A stretch of DNA of 24,572 bases from a virus (lineage: Duplodnaviria > Caudoviricetes), in the IMG/VR virus record IMGVR_UViG_3300032112_000003, positions 1 through 24,572 of that record; one strand, 5' to 3'. A program made the translations under genes and the position numbers. This document shows positions 17,958 to 24,572 of this stretch, one piece after another (position 1 is the stretch's first letter; every line of letters starts with the position of its first letter). Under the pieces are notes generated by a model, which was not told the DNA's origin, searched no databases, and saw only the letters and a program-made list of their open reading frames with translations.

Positions 17958-19501
17958 CGCATCCCCCCGAACGGGTCATAGTGGGTGGCCTGCTGTTGCA
18001 AGCCATCCAACGGATTGTAGTTGACGTTGGGCTGGGCGCTTGAAACACGCCGGCCTGCGTACTCATCGGGGAAAACAGCCCCGAGGGCCGGATCGAGGAT
18101 GCGGGCCTGGCAGTCCAGCATGTCGTCGTGGATGGCCACGGGGAACGCCTTGTACTCCTGCTCCACGAACTCGCGGGTCATGTCCCGGTAGGTCCCCTCG
18201 TGGTCCACGTAGGTGTAGGCCCCGGGGAGGTACATCTTGCCTTGCTCGTAGATGGGGATCAGCTTGCGGATGCGGTCTTCCTTGGAGAGCTTCCCGCCCA
18301 GTGGGATGATGGGGAACCGGTAGTTCTCCTGCTCCTGGAGGTACTGGATGAACTCGATGTCGGCTTGGAGGCCGTATTCCTCATAGCCCACGGCCTTGGG
18401 CTTGAAGATGCGATGCCACTTCATGGCCAGCCTGCCGCGCTCCGTCAGGTTGAGGCGGTCACGGGCCATAGCCACCACGTAGTAGTTCCCGTCGCTGCCA
18501 AGGCCGATGATCTTCGCGCAGGTATAGTCGTTCACCTTCTTCTTCCCGCTGGCCGGGTCGAAGATCATGTAGAGATTGAGCCCATCGGTCTTCTCGCCTT
18601 TCCAGAACCTCAGCCACCCGTCCTTGAAGCCCTGGACCTTGTCCGCCACCGGATCCTGGAGCATCTGGCAACCGAAGGTGTACGCGCCCATGTCGCGGCG
18701 TTTCTTGGCCAGGTTCTCGCGCGAGAGAAGCACCGGATCGCCTTCCATCTTTCCGTCAACGGTGGCCGGGTAGATGCGAGGCAAAGCCGACTTGCGGTCC
18801 AGGATGGTCTTGTAGGTGTCGTTGGCGTGGTACCTGGTGCCGATGTAGCGGGCGTGCCCACCGTCGCTCCCCAGGGCCTGGGAAAGCTCCCACGCCTCGG
18901 TGACCTTGGCGATCATGTCCGGGGTGGTCACGGAATCCTTGGTCACCACATCGTCATAGATGACCAGGCTGTAGTGCTTGGACGTGGGCTGGCCGTCGAC
19001 CAGGCCCCAGGCCTCCACCGTGGCCTCCTTCGGGTTGCCCTTGCGCCGGACGATGATTCCCTCGTCCTCGGACCACTTGGGCGCGTCCCTGTGCGGGTTC
19101 TCCCAGAGCACGTCCGGGAAGAGCTCCCGCAGGGTTTCGTTGCCCTCGAACTCGCGCTTGATCTGGCGAAGGAAAGCCTTGGCGATGGGACGGTTGAACG
19201 AGAAGATGCCCACCGTGATCTCAGGGTTGGCCAGGATGTCCTGGATGGTCTTCCCGAAAGTGATGATGGTGGACTTGTAGTGCTCGCGTGCCCACAGGTC
19301 CAAATGGCCGTTGGGGCTGGCCTGGACCTCCATGCAGCGCTCGTGGAGCCAATCCCGCTCCATGTCGGCCCGGCCCAGGATCTTCGTCAGCAGGAAATAC
19401 AGGTCGGTCAGGCACAAGCGCCGGGCGGCCTCATTGAAGCCGTCCCGGCCGCAGGTTTTGAAGAGTTCGGCGTACAGGGCCTCGCGCTGGGTTCTATTCA
19501 C
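17954..19501 (-). CDS. terL: Terminase large subunit (515 aa)
   Basis: Walker A-like AREHYKST, Walker B VIYDD, coupling motif IGTRYH..D, nuclease FDPA and HDDMLD. Confidence 0.93.
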   Translation of the reverse strand: MNRTQREALYAELFKTCGRDGFNEAARRLCLTDLYFLLTKILGRADMERDWLHERCMEVQASPNGHLDLWAREHYKSTIITFGKTIQDILANPEITVGIFSFNRPIAKAFLRQIKREFEGNETLRELFPDVLWENPHRDAPKWSEDEGIIVRRKGNPKEATVEAWGLVDGQPTSKHYSLVIYDDVVTKDSVTTPDMIAKVTEAWELSQALGSDGGHARYIGTRYHANDTYKTILDRKSALPRIYPATVDGKMEGDPVLLSRENLAKKRRDMGAYTFGCQMLQDPVADKVQGFKDGWLRFWKGEKTDGLNLYMIFDPASGKKKVNDYTCAKIIGLGSDGNYYVVAMARDRLNLTERGRLAMKWHRIFKPKAVGYEEYGLQADIEFIQYLQEQENYRFPIIPLGGKLSKEDRIRKLIPIYEQGKMYLPGAYTYVDHEGTYRDMTREFVEQEYKAFPVAIHDDMLDCQARILDPALGAVFPDEYAGRRVSSAQPNVNYNPLDGLQQQATHYDPFGGMR

Positions 19502-19967
19502 CGCAGGCCCCCTGACCGGTCAGCTTGCCCAGGATTTCTTCAGAGCGCGGGCAGAGCTTGTGCTCGTGCTCGACCTTGCCCTTCACGTTCATGTCCACGG
19601 ACTGCTTGTCCCCGAACTGATCGCGGCGCTTCGCCTTGAGCAGGATGGCCATGAGCGTGTCGGAGAACTCCCGGATGCGCCCACACTCTACGCCCTTGTA
19701 GAACACCGGCTTCTCGACGCCCTCCAAGGCCCTGCGTCTGGCCTCTGCCTCCAGGGCATCGGTGGCGACCTCATCGGCTTCATTCCAGCGCTGAGCGAAA
19801 ACCTCGTCCTTGTCCCGCTGCTCGTAGACCCACGCCCTGTAGATACCCGCCTGCCTGCACGCTTCGGAGACGTTGGCCGTGGAGGCGAATACCTCGAAGA
19901 ACTTGTCCACCTGAGCGGCGGTGATGGAGCGGGAGGAGAAGGGCTTGCGCTTGCGCTTGGCGGCCAT
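19494..19967 (-). CDS. terS: Terminase small subunit (157 aa)
   Basis: Start moved to ATG 19967. HTH NVSEACRQAGI.R..VY, then LEAEARRRALEG..KPVFYKG and SDTL...LLKA; precedes terL. Confidence 0.85.
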   Translation of the reverse strand: MAAKRKRKPFSSRSITAAQVDKFFEVFASTANVSEACRQAGIYRAWVYEQRDKDEVFAQRWNEADEVATDALEAEARRRALEGVEKPVFYKGVECGRIREFSDTLMAILLKAKRRDQFGDKQSVDMNVKGKVEHEHKLCPRSEEILGKLTGQGACGE

Positions 19968-19969
19968 GA

Positions 19970-20233
19970 CTACTTCCCCACCGCCTGCCGAACGACCTTC
20001 TCCCAGATGGCCACTCCGAGCCAAAGTAGCGCGCCGCCGGTAACGGCGGTCACCACCACGCTGATGATCTGGCGGCGCACGCTGAACGCTCCCCGGAGCG
20101 TTTGGTGGTGGTCGCGGTGCTCCCCTGGCTCGAGGTCGCACGTGGAGCAGCACGGCTGGCGGCACGGGCTCTGAGCGGCTAGAGCTTCGGCCACGGCCTC
20201 CTTCACTGCGGCTTTGAGATCGTCGGGAGCCAT
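19970..20233 (-). CDS. Holin-like single-TM membrane protein (87 aa)
   Basis: Start ATG 20233 (TGATG coupling). C-terminal hydrophobic helix IISVVVTAVTGGALLWLGVAIW with a basic tail; Cys/His cluster in the soluble part. Confidence 0.55.
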   Translation of the reverse strand: MAPDDLKAAVKEAVAEALAAQSPCRQPCCSTCDLEPGEHRDHHQTLRGAFSVRRQIISVVVTAVTGGALLWLGVAIWEKVVRQAVGK

Positions 20234-20601
20234 CAGCCAGCCCTCCGATACGCCGCTCCGCCCAGGTCGCTCACGGCCACGTAGTAGGTCATGGCCCGGG
20301 CCCGGCGAAGGGCGCGCAACAGGAAGGCCAGGCCTGTCCACTTGGCCCAGGCCGGCGCGGTGCGGTAGGCATCTTGGATGAGCAGGAGAAGGTTCATGTG
20401 GAACGCCGCATCGCTGCGGTCCTTGTCCTTGCCGAGGTGGTAGCAGAGGTCATGCGCGTCGCAGGCCCGCTTGATGGACAGGCCGTAGATAGTGTCAGGC
20501 ACCGGCAGGCGGGAACCCTTGGCCCCGCATCCGTTGCAGATGTCGGTCTTCTGCTCGTCGGTGAGCTCGTACCACTCGGGCGGGACGATCAGGCGTACCA
20601 C
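20233..20601 (-). CDS. Phospholipase A2-like protein (122 aa)
   Basis: Start GTG 20601 overlaps the upstream TAG. CNGCG loop, CDAHDLCY catalytic-type motif, downstream Asp (SDAAF) and YY.AV...G. Confidence 0.7.
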   Translation of the reverse strand: MVRLIVPPEWYELTDEQKTDICNGCGAKGSRLPVPDTIYGLSIKRACDAHDLCYHLGKDKDRSDAAFHMNLLLLIQDAYRTAPAWAKWTGLAFLLRALRRARAMTYYVAVSDLGGAAYRRAG

Positions 20602-20846
20602 TACCGCGCCCCCGTTCTGTCCAACGCATCCGCCCAGGCGGCCACGTTGGCTCCGTGGCGGTCCAGTTCGTGCGGGTTCGAGGTCAGGTAGCCGCGCCAG
20701 ATGTTCACGGCGTCGCGCTGCTCGGCTATCACTCGGGCGTCCAGGGACAGGCCCTCGGCCCGGTTGTAGGTGAATCCGGCGGTGCCGACGCATCCGGACA
20801 CGGCCAAGCTGGCCAAGAGCAGGAGGGCGGCCAGGGTGCGCTTCAT
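20601..20846 (-). CDS. Lipoprotein, possibly spanin-like (81 aa)
   Basis: Signal peptide MKRTLAALLLLASLAVSG-C with lipobox; AAGGAG SD; lies in the lysis region. Confidence 0.75.
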   Translation of the reverse strand: MKRTLAALLLLASLAVSGCVGTAGFTYNRAEGLSLDARVIAEQRDAVNIWRGYLTSNPHELDRHGANVAAWADALDRTGAR

Positions 20847-20849
20847 GGT

Positions 20850-20975
20850 CTACTCCTTGGGCTGTTTCCCCGGGCACGGGCCGCAGGGCTGTTTTTCGGG
20901 GTGCAGGCAGGGAGTCGCAGGCGTCCCGGACGAGAAATGGGCGCAGCCGACGCAGGGATGCTCAGATGCGGACAC
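20850..20975 (-). CDS. Small Cys-rich peptide (41 aa)
   Basis: Below the ORF-track cutoff. AAGGAGG SD, GTG start, MSASEHPCVGCAHFSSGTPATPCLHPEKQPCGPCPGKQPKE; fills the gap between endolysin and lipoprotein. Confidence 0.55.
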   Translation of the reverse strand: MSASEHPCVGCAHFSSGTPATPCLHPEKQPCGPCPGKQPKE

Positions 20976-21444
20976 CGTTGACCTCCTTGGGCCATTCGCC
21001 CGTGCGCATCATGGCGGCCAAACGCTGGACACGGGCCGGGGTTTGCTTGGCCCAGAGGGTGGCCAACATGTGCTGGGCGGCGTCCTCGTACTCGTGGGCC
21101 GCGATGTGGGCGATGGTGGGGGCGAACTGCAGGACCTTGCCGACGCCGAGCTGGTACATGGCCGATACGGCCACTGCCTGGCGGGCAGGATCGAGGGTAC
21201 GCCAACGGGGGAAGTTCTTGTCCAGGGAGGCGAGGCAGCGGTCAAAGGCCACGTCGAATTCGCGCTCCGCCTTCTCCTTGGTCCACCGGACGGCCCAAGC
21301 GGTCTCCTTGGTGTACCCGTGGGCCTCCAGGTTATAACCGTAGCCGATGGTCCAGATGCCCCGGCTGTCCTTGTAGGCGATAAGGCGTAGGCCCTCGTCG
21401 GCCTTGATCAGGGACTCGATGCGCTCGCGGAGTGATACGTCCAT
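20962..21444 (-). CDS. Endolysin, GH24/T4-lysozyme-like muramidase (160 aa)
   Basis: Catalytic E-x8-D-x5-T in DEGLRLIAYKDSRGIWTIGYG; C-terminal W..QTP.R..R...MMRTGEW. Confidence 0.92.
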   Translation of the reverse strand: MDVSLRERIESLIKADEGLRLIAYKDSRGIWTIGYGYNLEAHGYTKETAWAVRWTKEKAEREFDVAFDRCLASLDKNFPRWRTLDPARQAVAVSAMYQLGVGKVLQFAPTIAHIAAHEYEDAAQHMLATLWAKQTPARVQRLAAMMRTGEWPKEVNGVRI

Positions 21445-21501
21445 GGGCCAGAATGAGACACATTCCGGCCAGGAAGGGAATTCTATTAGTGCTATTTAGA
21501 A
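21445..21501 (-). promoter_or_regulatory. Putative activator-dependent late promoter region
   Basis: AT-rich patch with an imperfect dyad TTCTA-N11-TAGAA (21481-21501) and -10-like CATTCT ending 5 nt before the endolysin ATG; no SD and no clear -35. Confidence 0.4.
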
Positions 21502-21666
21502 GGGTTTCTCGCGCGAGCCCATTTTTTCTTCCTGCTCCCGTGCTTTCGGGCGCTCTTCGGTTCGCTCCGAGTTCCCGCACTCACAGTAGCGCCAGCGGAT
21601 GACCAAGCGGGCTTGCTGTTCAGTACGTCCGACGCGCATGGTCCTGCCGCAAACTGCACAGAGCAT
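21496..21666 (-). CDS. Zinc-ribbon protein, putative late transcription activator (Ogr/Delta- or NrdR-N-like, 56 aa)
   Basis: Below the ORF-track cutoff. GAGGGG SD; MLCAVCGRTMRVGRTEQQARLVIRWRYCECGNSERTEERPKAREQEEKMGSREKPF. Confidence 0.7.
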   Translation of the reverse strand: MLCAVCGRTMRVGRTEQQARLVIRWRYCECGNSERTEERPKAREQEEKMGSREKPF

Positions 21667-21680
21667 TCAACCCCCTCGCG

Positions 21681-22178
21681 TTAGGTCAAGAGGCCCTGGA
21701 TCTGCGCGGGCATTTCAGCCTGCCCGTACTCCTCGACAACAAATCCGCCGCCGTCTGCCTTCTTCCTCCTGGTGGCCGCGAAGAAGCGGTAGAACCAATT
21801 CAGCTCGGCCGCGACCTTCCACTTCACCCGGGCGTCGTCTTCCCAGTGCCCCTTGACCTCGTGGAACTCGAAGCACTCCCTGGTGACCACGAGGAAATCA
21901 GGCGTGTAGCCGGTCCGATCCGCCATGCGCAGGGTGTGCCCCTCGAACACGATGGCCAGGATCTCGCCGGACGCCAGACGCGGCTCAAGCACCGTGCGCA
22001 AGTACTCCGCCTCCAGCTTGTTCATCTGCCCGGCCTTGTGCGGGGCGCGCCGGGACGGGCCCGGACGCTTGCCACCCCACGCGCGTGCGTGAGCATGTCC
22101 GCTTGATGTAGCCGTTCCGCCTCCCAGATGCGCCCTAAGCTGCGCCGCGCTCATGTGTTCCTGGCTCATATTCTGCAT
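21681..22178 (-). CDS. PD-(D/E)xK endonuclease (DUF1064-like, 165 aa)
   Basis: MNKLEAEY, YTPDF and HEVKG.W.DDARVK.KVAA motifs; strong SD. Confidence 0.8.
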   Translation of the reverse strand: MQNMSQEHMSAAQLRAHLGGGTATSSGHAHARAWGGKRPGPSRRAPHKAGQMNKLEAEYLRTVLEPRLASGEILAIVFEGHTLRMADRTGYTPDFLVVTRECFEFHEVKGHWEDDARVKWKVAAELNWFYRFFAATRRKKADGGGFVVEEYGQAEMPAQIQGLLT

Positions 22179-22185
22179 CCTCCTT

Positions 22186-22551
22186 TCAGCTCAAAAACCT
22201 AGGGCGTTCGCCCCTCTCTAGCGCCTCAAGTATTTCCTTCGCCCGGTTCGTGACTGGCCCCGTGTACTGCTCTTCCTGGCGCTGCTCGGCCTGCTCCTGC
22301 CTGCGCTCCAGCTTGATTTCTTCCCATGCCTGCAGGATCTGACAGCTGGTCGGGAAGTACTTCGAGCTCGCCCGGGCCCTGGCCGCGGCTTCCTCGAACT
22401 CCCCTTGCCGCATGCCCTTGCAGTCCGCGGCATAGTCATCGGCCAGGAGGTCCAGCACGGCGACCTGCTTCGAGCGGGGGTAGTGCAACGCCAGCCGCTT
22501 GAGGACAAGCAGGACGCTCTCCGGGGTGACTTTCAGGAAGTTCATGCTCAT
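22186..22551 (-). CDS. Putative replicative helicase loader/inhibitor (G39P-like, 121 aa)
   Basis: Follows the initiator gene. L...YP and SKYFPT..QI pattern; AAGGAG SD. Confidence 0.55.
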   Translation of the reverse strand: MSMNFLKVTPESVLLVLKRLALHYPRSKQVAVLDLLADDYAADCKGMRQGEFEEAAARARASSKYFPTSCQILQAWEEIKLERRQEQAEQRQEEQYTGPVTNRAKEILEALERGERPRFLS

Positions 22552-23464
22552 GTTTCTGCTCCTTTCGGCGAAGCTCGGTTGCGATGTCGTCGATGGCCTT
22601 GGACTCGGGTGAAGCGTAGCCGGGCTGTGGAGCGGCCCTGGCCTCGGGGATGGGGTTCAGCCACATGCGGTCGCGAATGTACCGGGAAAGCTGCGGGACG
22701 AATCGCCCGTTTTCTCGGGTCCAGTCGTCGCATTGGCAACGGGCCGTGAGGTCGGCCAGGATGCGGGGCAAGCCCGGCCACTGCCTGCGCTTGGAGAGCT
22801 CCTTCATGGCCACCTCTGCTGCGCCAGGGTCGTAGCGGTGGACTGGGTAGCCCTCCCCGATCTGTTGGATTTCGAGCGAGACGGCCCAGGGCTGGGCCTC
22901 AAGGGGAGCGCCAGCGAATTCCTCCCCAACCCCACCCCCCGATTCTTCCGGCTGGGTGCGCTCGCCTGCGCGCGCGGTTATGTCGTCTGTGGGGGGGGTG
23001 ATAGTCTGTCTTTCTGATTCAGGATTCAGGAATCCGGAATCAGGAATCAGCGCGAGCGGTTCTGTCCTTGGTCCGACATTGTTCTGTCCTTGGTCCGAAA
23101 CATTGGCCTTTGCCTTCGGTCCCTCTTCCGGATTCCGATCCTCGGGATGCCTCGGGAGGGCTGATGGCTTCTCGTTCCGATGGGGTTCCTGGTGGTTCAG
23201 GAAGCCAGGAATCCAGATGCAGCTCTTCCCCTGCGCCTCGTACCGCTTGATCTTCCCGGCCTTGGCCAGTTCATCGAGGAGAGCTTCGCAATCGACGTTG
23301 TCCGCGGGCATGAGGAGCATCTTGATCTTCTTGGGCCTGTCCTCAAGCCGGCCCATGCGATCGGCTAGGCAGGGCAGCCCCATGAACAGGATGCGCGCGG
23401 GGAATGAGCACTCCACGAGGTCTTCGTCCGAGAACAATCCTGGCTTGATATTCCGCGCGCGCAT
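22436..23464 (-). CDS. Phage replication initiator/replisome organiser (342 aa; C-terminus uncertain)
   Basis: N-terminus MRARNIKPG.F..E.L......ARILF.GL...AD..GRLEDRP..IK; internal iteron-like repeats; C-terminal W..ENGRFVP....Y....W domain. Confidence 0.88.
   Translation of the reverse strand: MRARNIKPGLFSDEDLVECSFPARILFMGLPCLADRMGRLEDRPKKIKMLLMPADNVDCEALLDELAKAGKIKRYEAQGKSCIWIPGFLNHQEPHRNEKPSALPRHPEDRNPEEGPKAKANVSDQGQNNVGPRTEPLALIPDSGFLNPESERQTITPPTDDITARAGERTQPEESGGGVGEEFAGAPLEAQPWAVSLEIQQIGEGYPVHRYDPGAAEVAMKELSKRRQWPGLPRILADLTARCQCDDWTRENGRFVPQLSRYIRDRMWLNPIPEARAAPQPGYASPESKAIDDIATELRRKEQKHEHELPESHPGERPACPQAAGVALPPLEAGRRAGPPGR
23014..23124. repeat. Iteron-like direct repeats, putative replication origin within the initiator gene
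   Basis: GTTCTGTCCTTGGTCCGA at 23059-23076 and 23081-23098 (22-bp period), a degenerate third copy near 23111, and adjacent short GATTCAG/GAATCAG repeats at 23014-23050. Confidence 0.7.
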
Positions 23465-23468
23465 GCCC

Positions 23469-24350
23469 CTACCTCGCCTCGCCCAGGGGCTTGTCGAGCC
23501 TGACTATAAGGCCCCATGCAGCGGCCTCGACCTGGTAGGTCCCAGCCTTCATGTTGTAGGCCCGGATGACGGGTGAAATGGAAACCTGACGGGTCTTTGT
23601 CCTATTGGCGCTGGTCAAGCGGCGGGCGTGCTTGACGTCCTGAGATGCGAGCTTAAGCGCGACCATCGTCCGGTCCTTTGACACGCCCACCTCGACGTAG
23701 GCCCCGGTTTCGAATCCGGGAAGGAGCGCCACGGCCCCTCCGGAGAGGCGAAGATCCTTGTCGGTGATCCTGGCCGTGGTGGTCTCGAGCGCCAGGTTGC
23801 GCTCGACCATGACTTCGAAATCTTCCCAGGATGGCTCAGGATGCGCGAAAGTGGCTTCCGGCGGAGTCGGTGTCGCGGGGACCGCCTCCGAAGCAGCCAC
23901 GCCCCCGATATGCTCAAATGAGGGGGTATCCGGCTGGCCCTGCGTGGCCATCATGGGGTGGGCGACCGCTTTCCCGCCCGGAAGCCCGGTCGGTTCGACC
24001 TCGTCCTTGTGGCAGTGGTAGCAGCGATTCACGCCGCCCTTGCGGTAGATAACCACGTTCTTCGCATCGCAGCAGTCGCAGTTCCCTTTGGCCATACCCT
24101 GGCCCTCCTTCGGCTTCGGCAGAATGTTCGGTATGCTGCACTGCTCGCAGGCGCGGTAGTCGGCCCTGGCGTGAAAAGCGCGGCATTTTTCGTTGGTGAC
24201 GGTGAGTTCGATCTTGCCGCACCACCATGGCTTGTTCAGTCTCTGGCGGTCGGCGGTGGTGATGGCCTTGGTGTCGAGCGAGCCCAGGTGGATGCGCCCG
24301 GCTTCGGGATTGGCCAGCGTGGAGACTGAGGAGGTTCCGGCGGATTCCAT
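23469..24350 (-). CDS. Cys-rich hypothetical protein with putative zinc-binding motifs (293 aa)
   Basis: CEQC, CDCC and CYHC motifs, a low-complexity linker and a beta-rich C-terminal domain; TAATG-coupled to the upstream gene. Confidence 0.65.
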   Translation of the reverse strand: MESAGTSSVSTLANPEAGRIHLGSLDTKAITTADRQRLNKPWWCGKIELTVTNEKCRAFHARADYRACEQCSIPNILPKPKEGQGMAKGNCDCCDAKNVVIYRKGGVNRCYHCHKDEVEPTGLPGGKAVAHPMMATQGQPDTPSFEHIGGVAASEAVPATPTPPEATFAHPEPSWEDFEVMVERNLALETTTARITDKDLRLSGGAVALLPGFETGAYVEVGVSKDRTMVALKLASQDVKHARRLTSANRTKTRQVSISPVIRAYNMKAGTYQVEAAAWGLIVRLDKPLGEAR

Positions 24351-24572
24351 TATTTCGCCCCCATATTATCCGGCTCAGCCGAACCGGGCCGCCTGGACGA
24401 AAGCGCTTCGGCCAATATCTCGTGGTCTACGACGGCTCCGGGCTGTAGAAGATCGATCATGTGGGGGTTCGCAACCAGAGTGGGCAGCGCCAAGGCGATG
24501 GCCGCACGGATGATGTGGGACTTGTCGCGGTCGGTGGCCCCCATCGCTTCGAGCAGTTCCATGTGCTGCTGC
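24350..24572 (-). CDS. Putative ribbon-helix-helix-like regulator, probably 5'-truncated
   Basis: DRDKSHIIRAAI resembles RHH helix 2. The frame stays open upstream of ATG 24562 to the window edge. Confidence 0.5.
   Translation of the reverse strand, partial: QQHMELLEAMGATDRDKSHIIRAAIALALPTLVANPHMIDLLQPGAVVDHEILAEALSSRRPGSAEPDNMGAK

Larger units (their letters stand above)
1..24572 (-). mobile_element. Temperate podovirus/prophage (BPP-1/epsilon15-like), replication to tail fibre region; both ends lie outside the window
   Basis: Co-oriented, tightly packed replication, lysis, terminase, portal, capsid, nozzle, ejection and tail fibre genes. No att site or integrase seen. Confidence 0.93.

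Noticed and set aside
19265-19300. Terminase Walker A lacking the usual Gly (AREHYKST)
   Set aside because: Deviant Walker A motifs are common in terminases and the other motifs are intact.
4543-19639. Many long + strand ORFs (e.g. 4543-6159, 7571-9217, 12685-14877, 15172-16770, 18128-19639)
   Set aside because: Antisense shadows of GC-rich genes, with no recognisable motifs and complete overlap of well-supported minus-strand genes.
20843-21205. 120-aa ORF overlapping the endolysin as a possible Rz/i-spanin
   Set aside because: No TM segment or SD; the 41-aa ORF with a perfect SD explains the gap better.
1-24572. DGR, CRISPR array, tRNA, integrase or att site
   Set aside because: No reverse transcriptase, TR/VR pair, spaced repeat array, cloverleaf or recombinase recognised in this window.

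Overview
A GC-rich, 24.6 kb segment of a temperate podovirus or prophage of the BPP-1/epsilon15 type, with every credible gene on the minus strand and frequent ATGA/TAATG translational coupling. In transcription order (right to left): regulatory and replication genes (RHH-like regulator, Cys-rich protein, replication initiator with iterons, helicase loader/inhibitor, PD-(D/E)xK nuclease); an unannotated zinc-ribbon putative late activator; an unusual lysis region (GH24 endolysin, Cys-rich peptide, lipoprotein, PLA2-like protein, holin-like protein); terminase subunits; portal, scaffold, capsid and decoration genes; tail adaptor and nozzle; four internal/ejection proteins; and the start of the tail fibre region. 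Main points of interest: (1) the 1712-aa ejection protein carries a HExxH peptidase motif and a low-GC nuclease-like cassette that ends in an embedded antisense sigma70-like promoter followed by hairpins, a candidate RNA antitoxin; (2) a PLA2-like gene sits in a lysis cassette with no evident i-spanin; (3) the tail nozzle gene is frameshifted and contains a CBM-like insert. All family calls come from motif recognition and synteny by eye; no searches were run.
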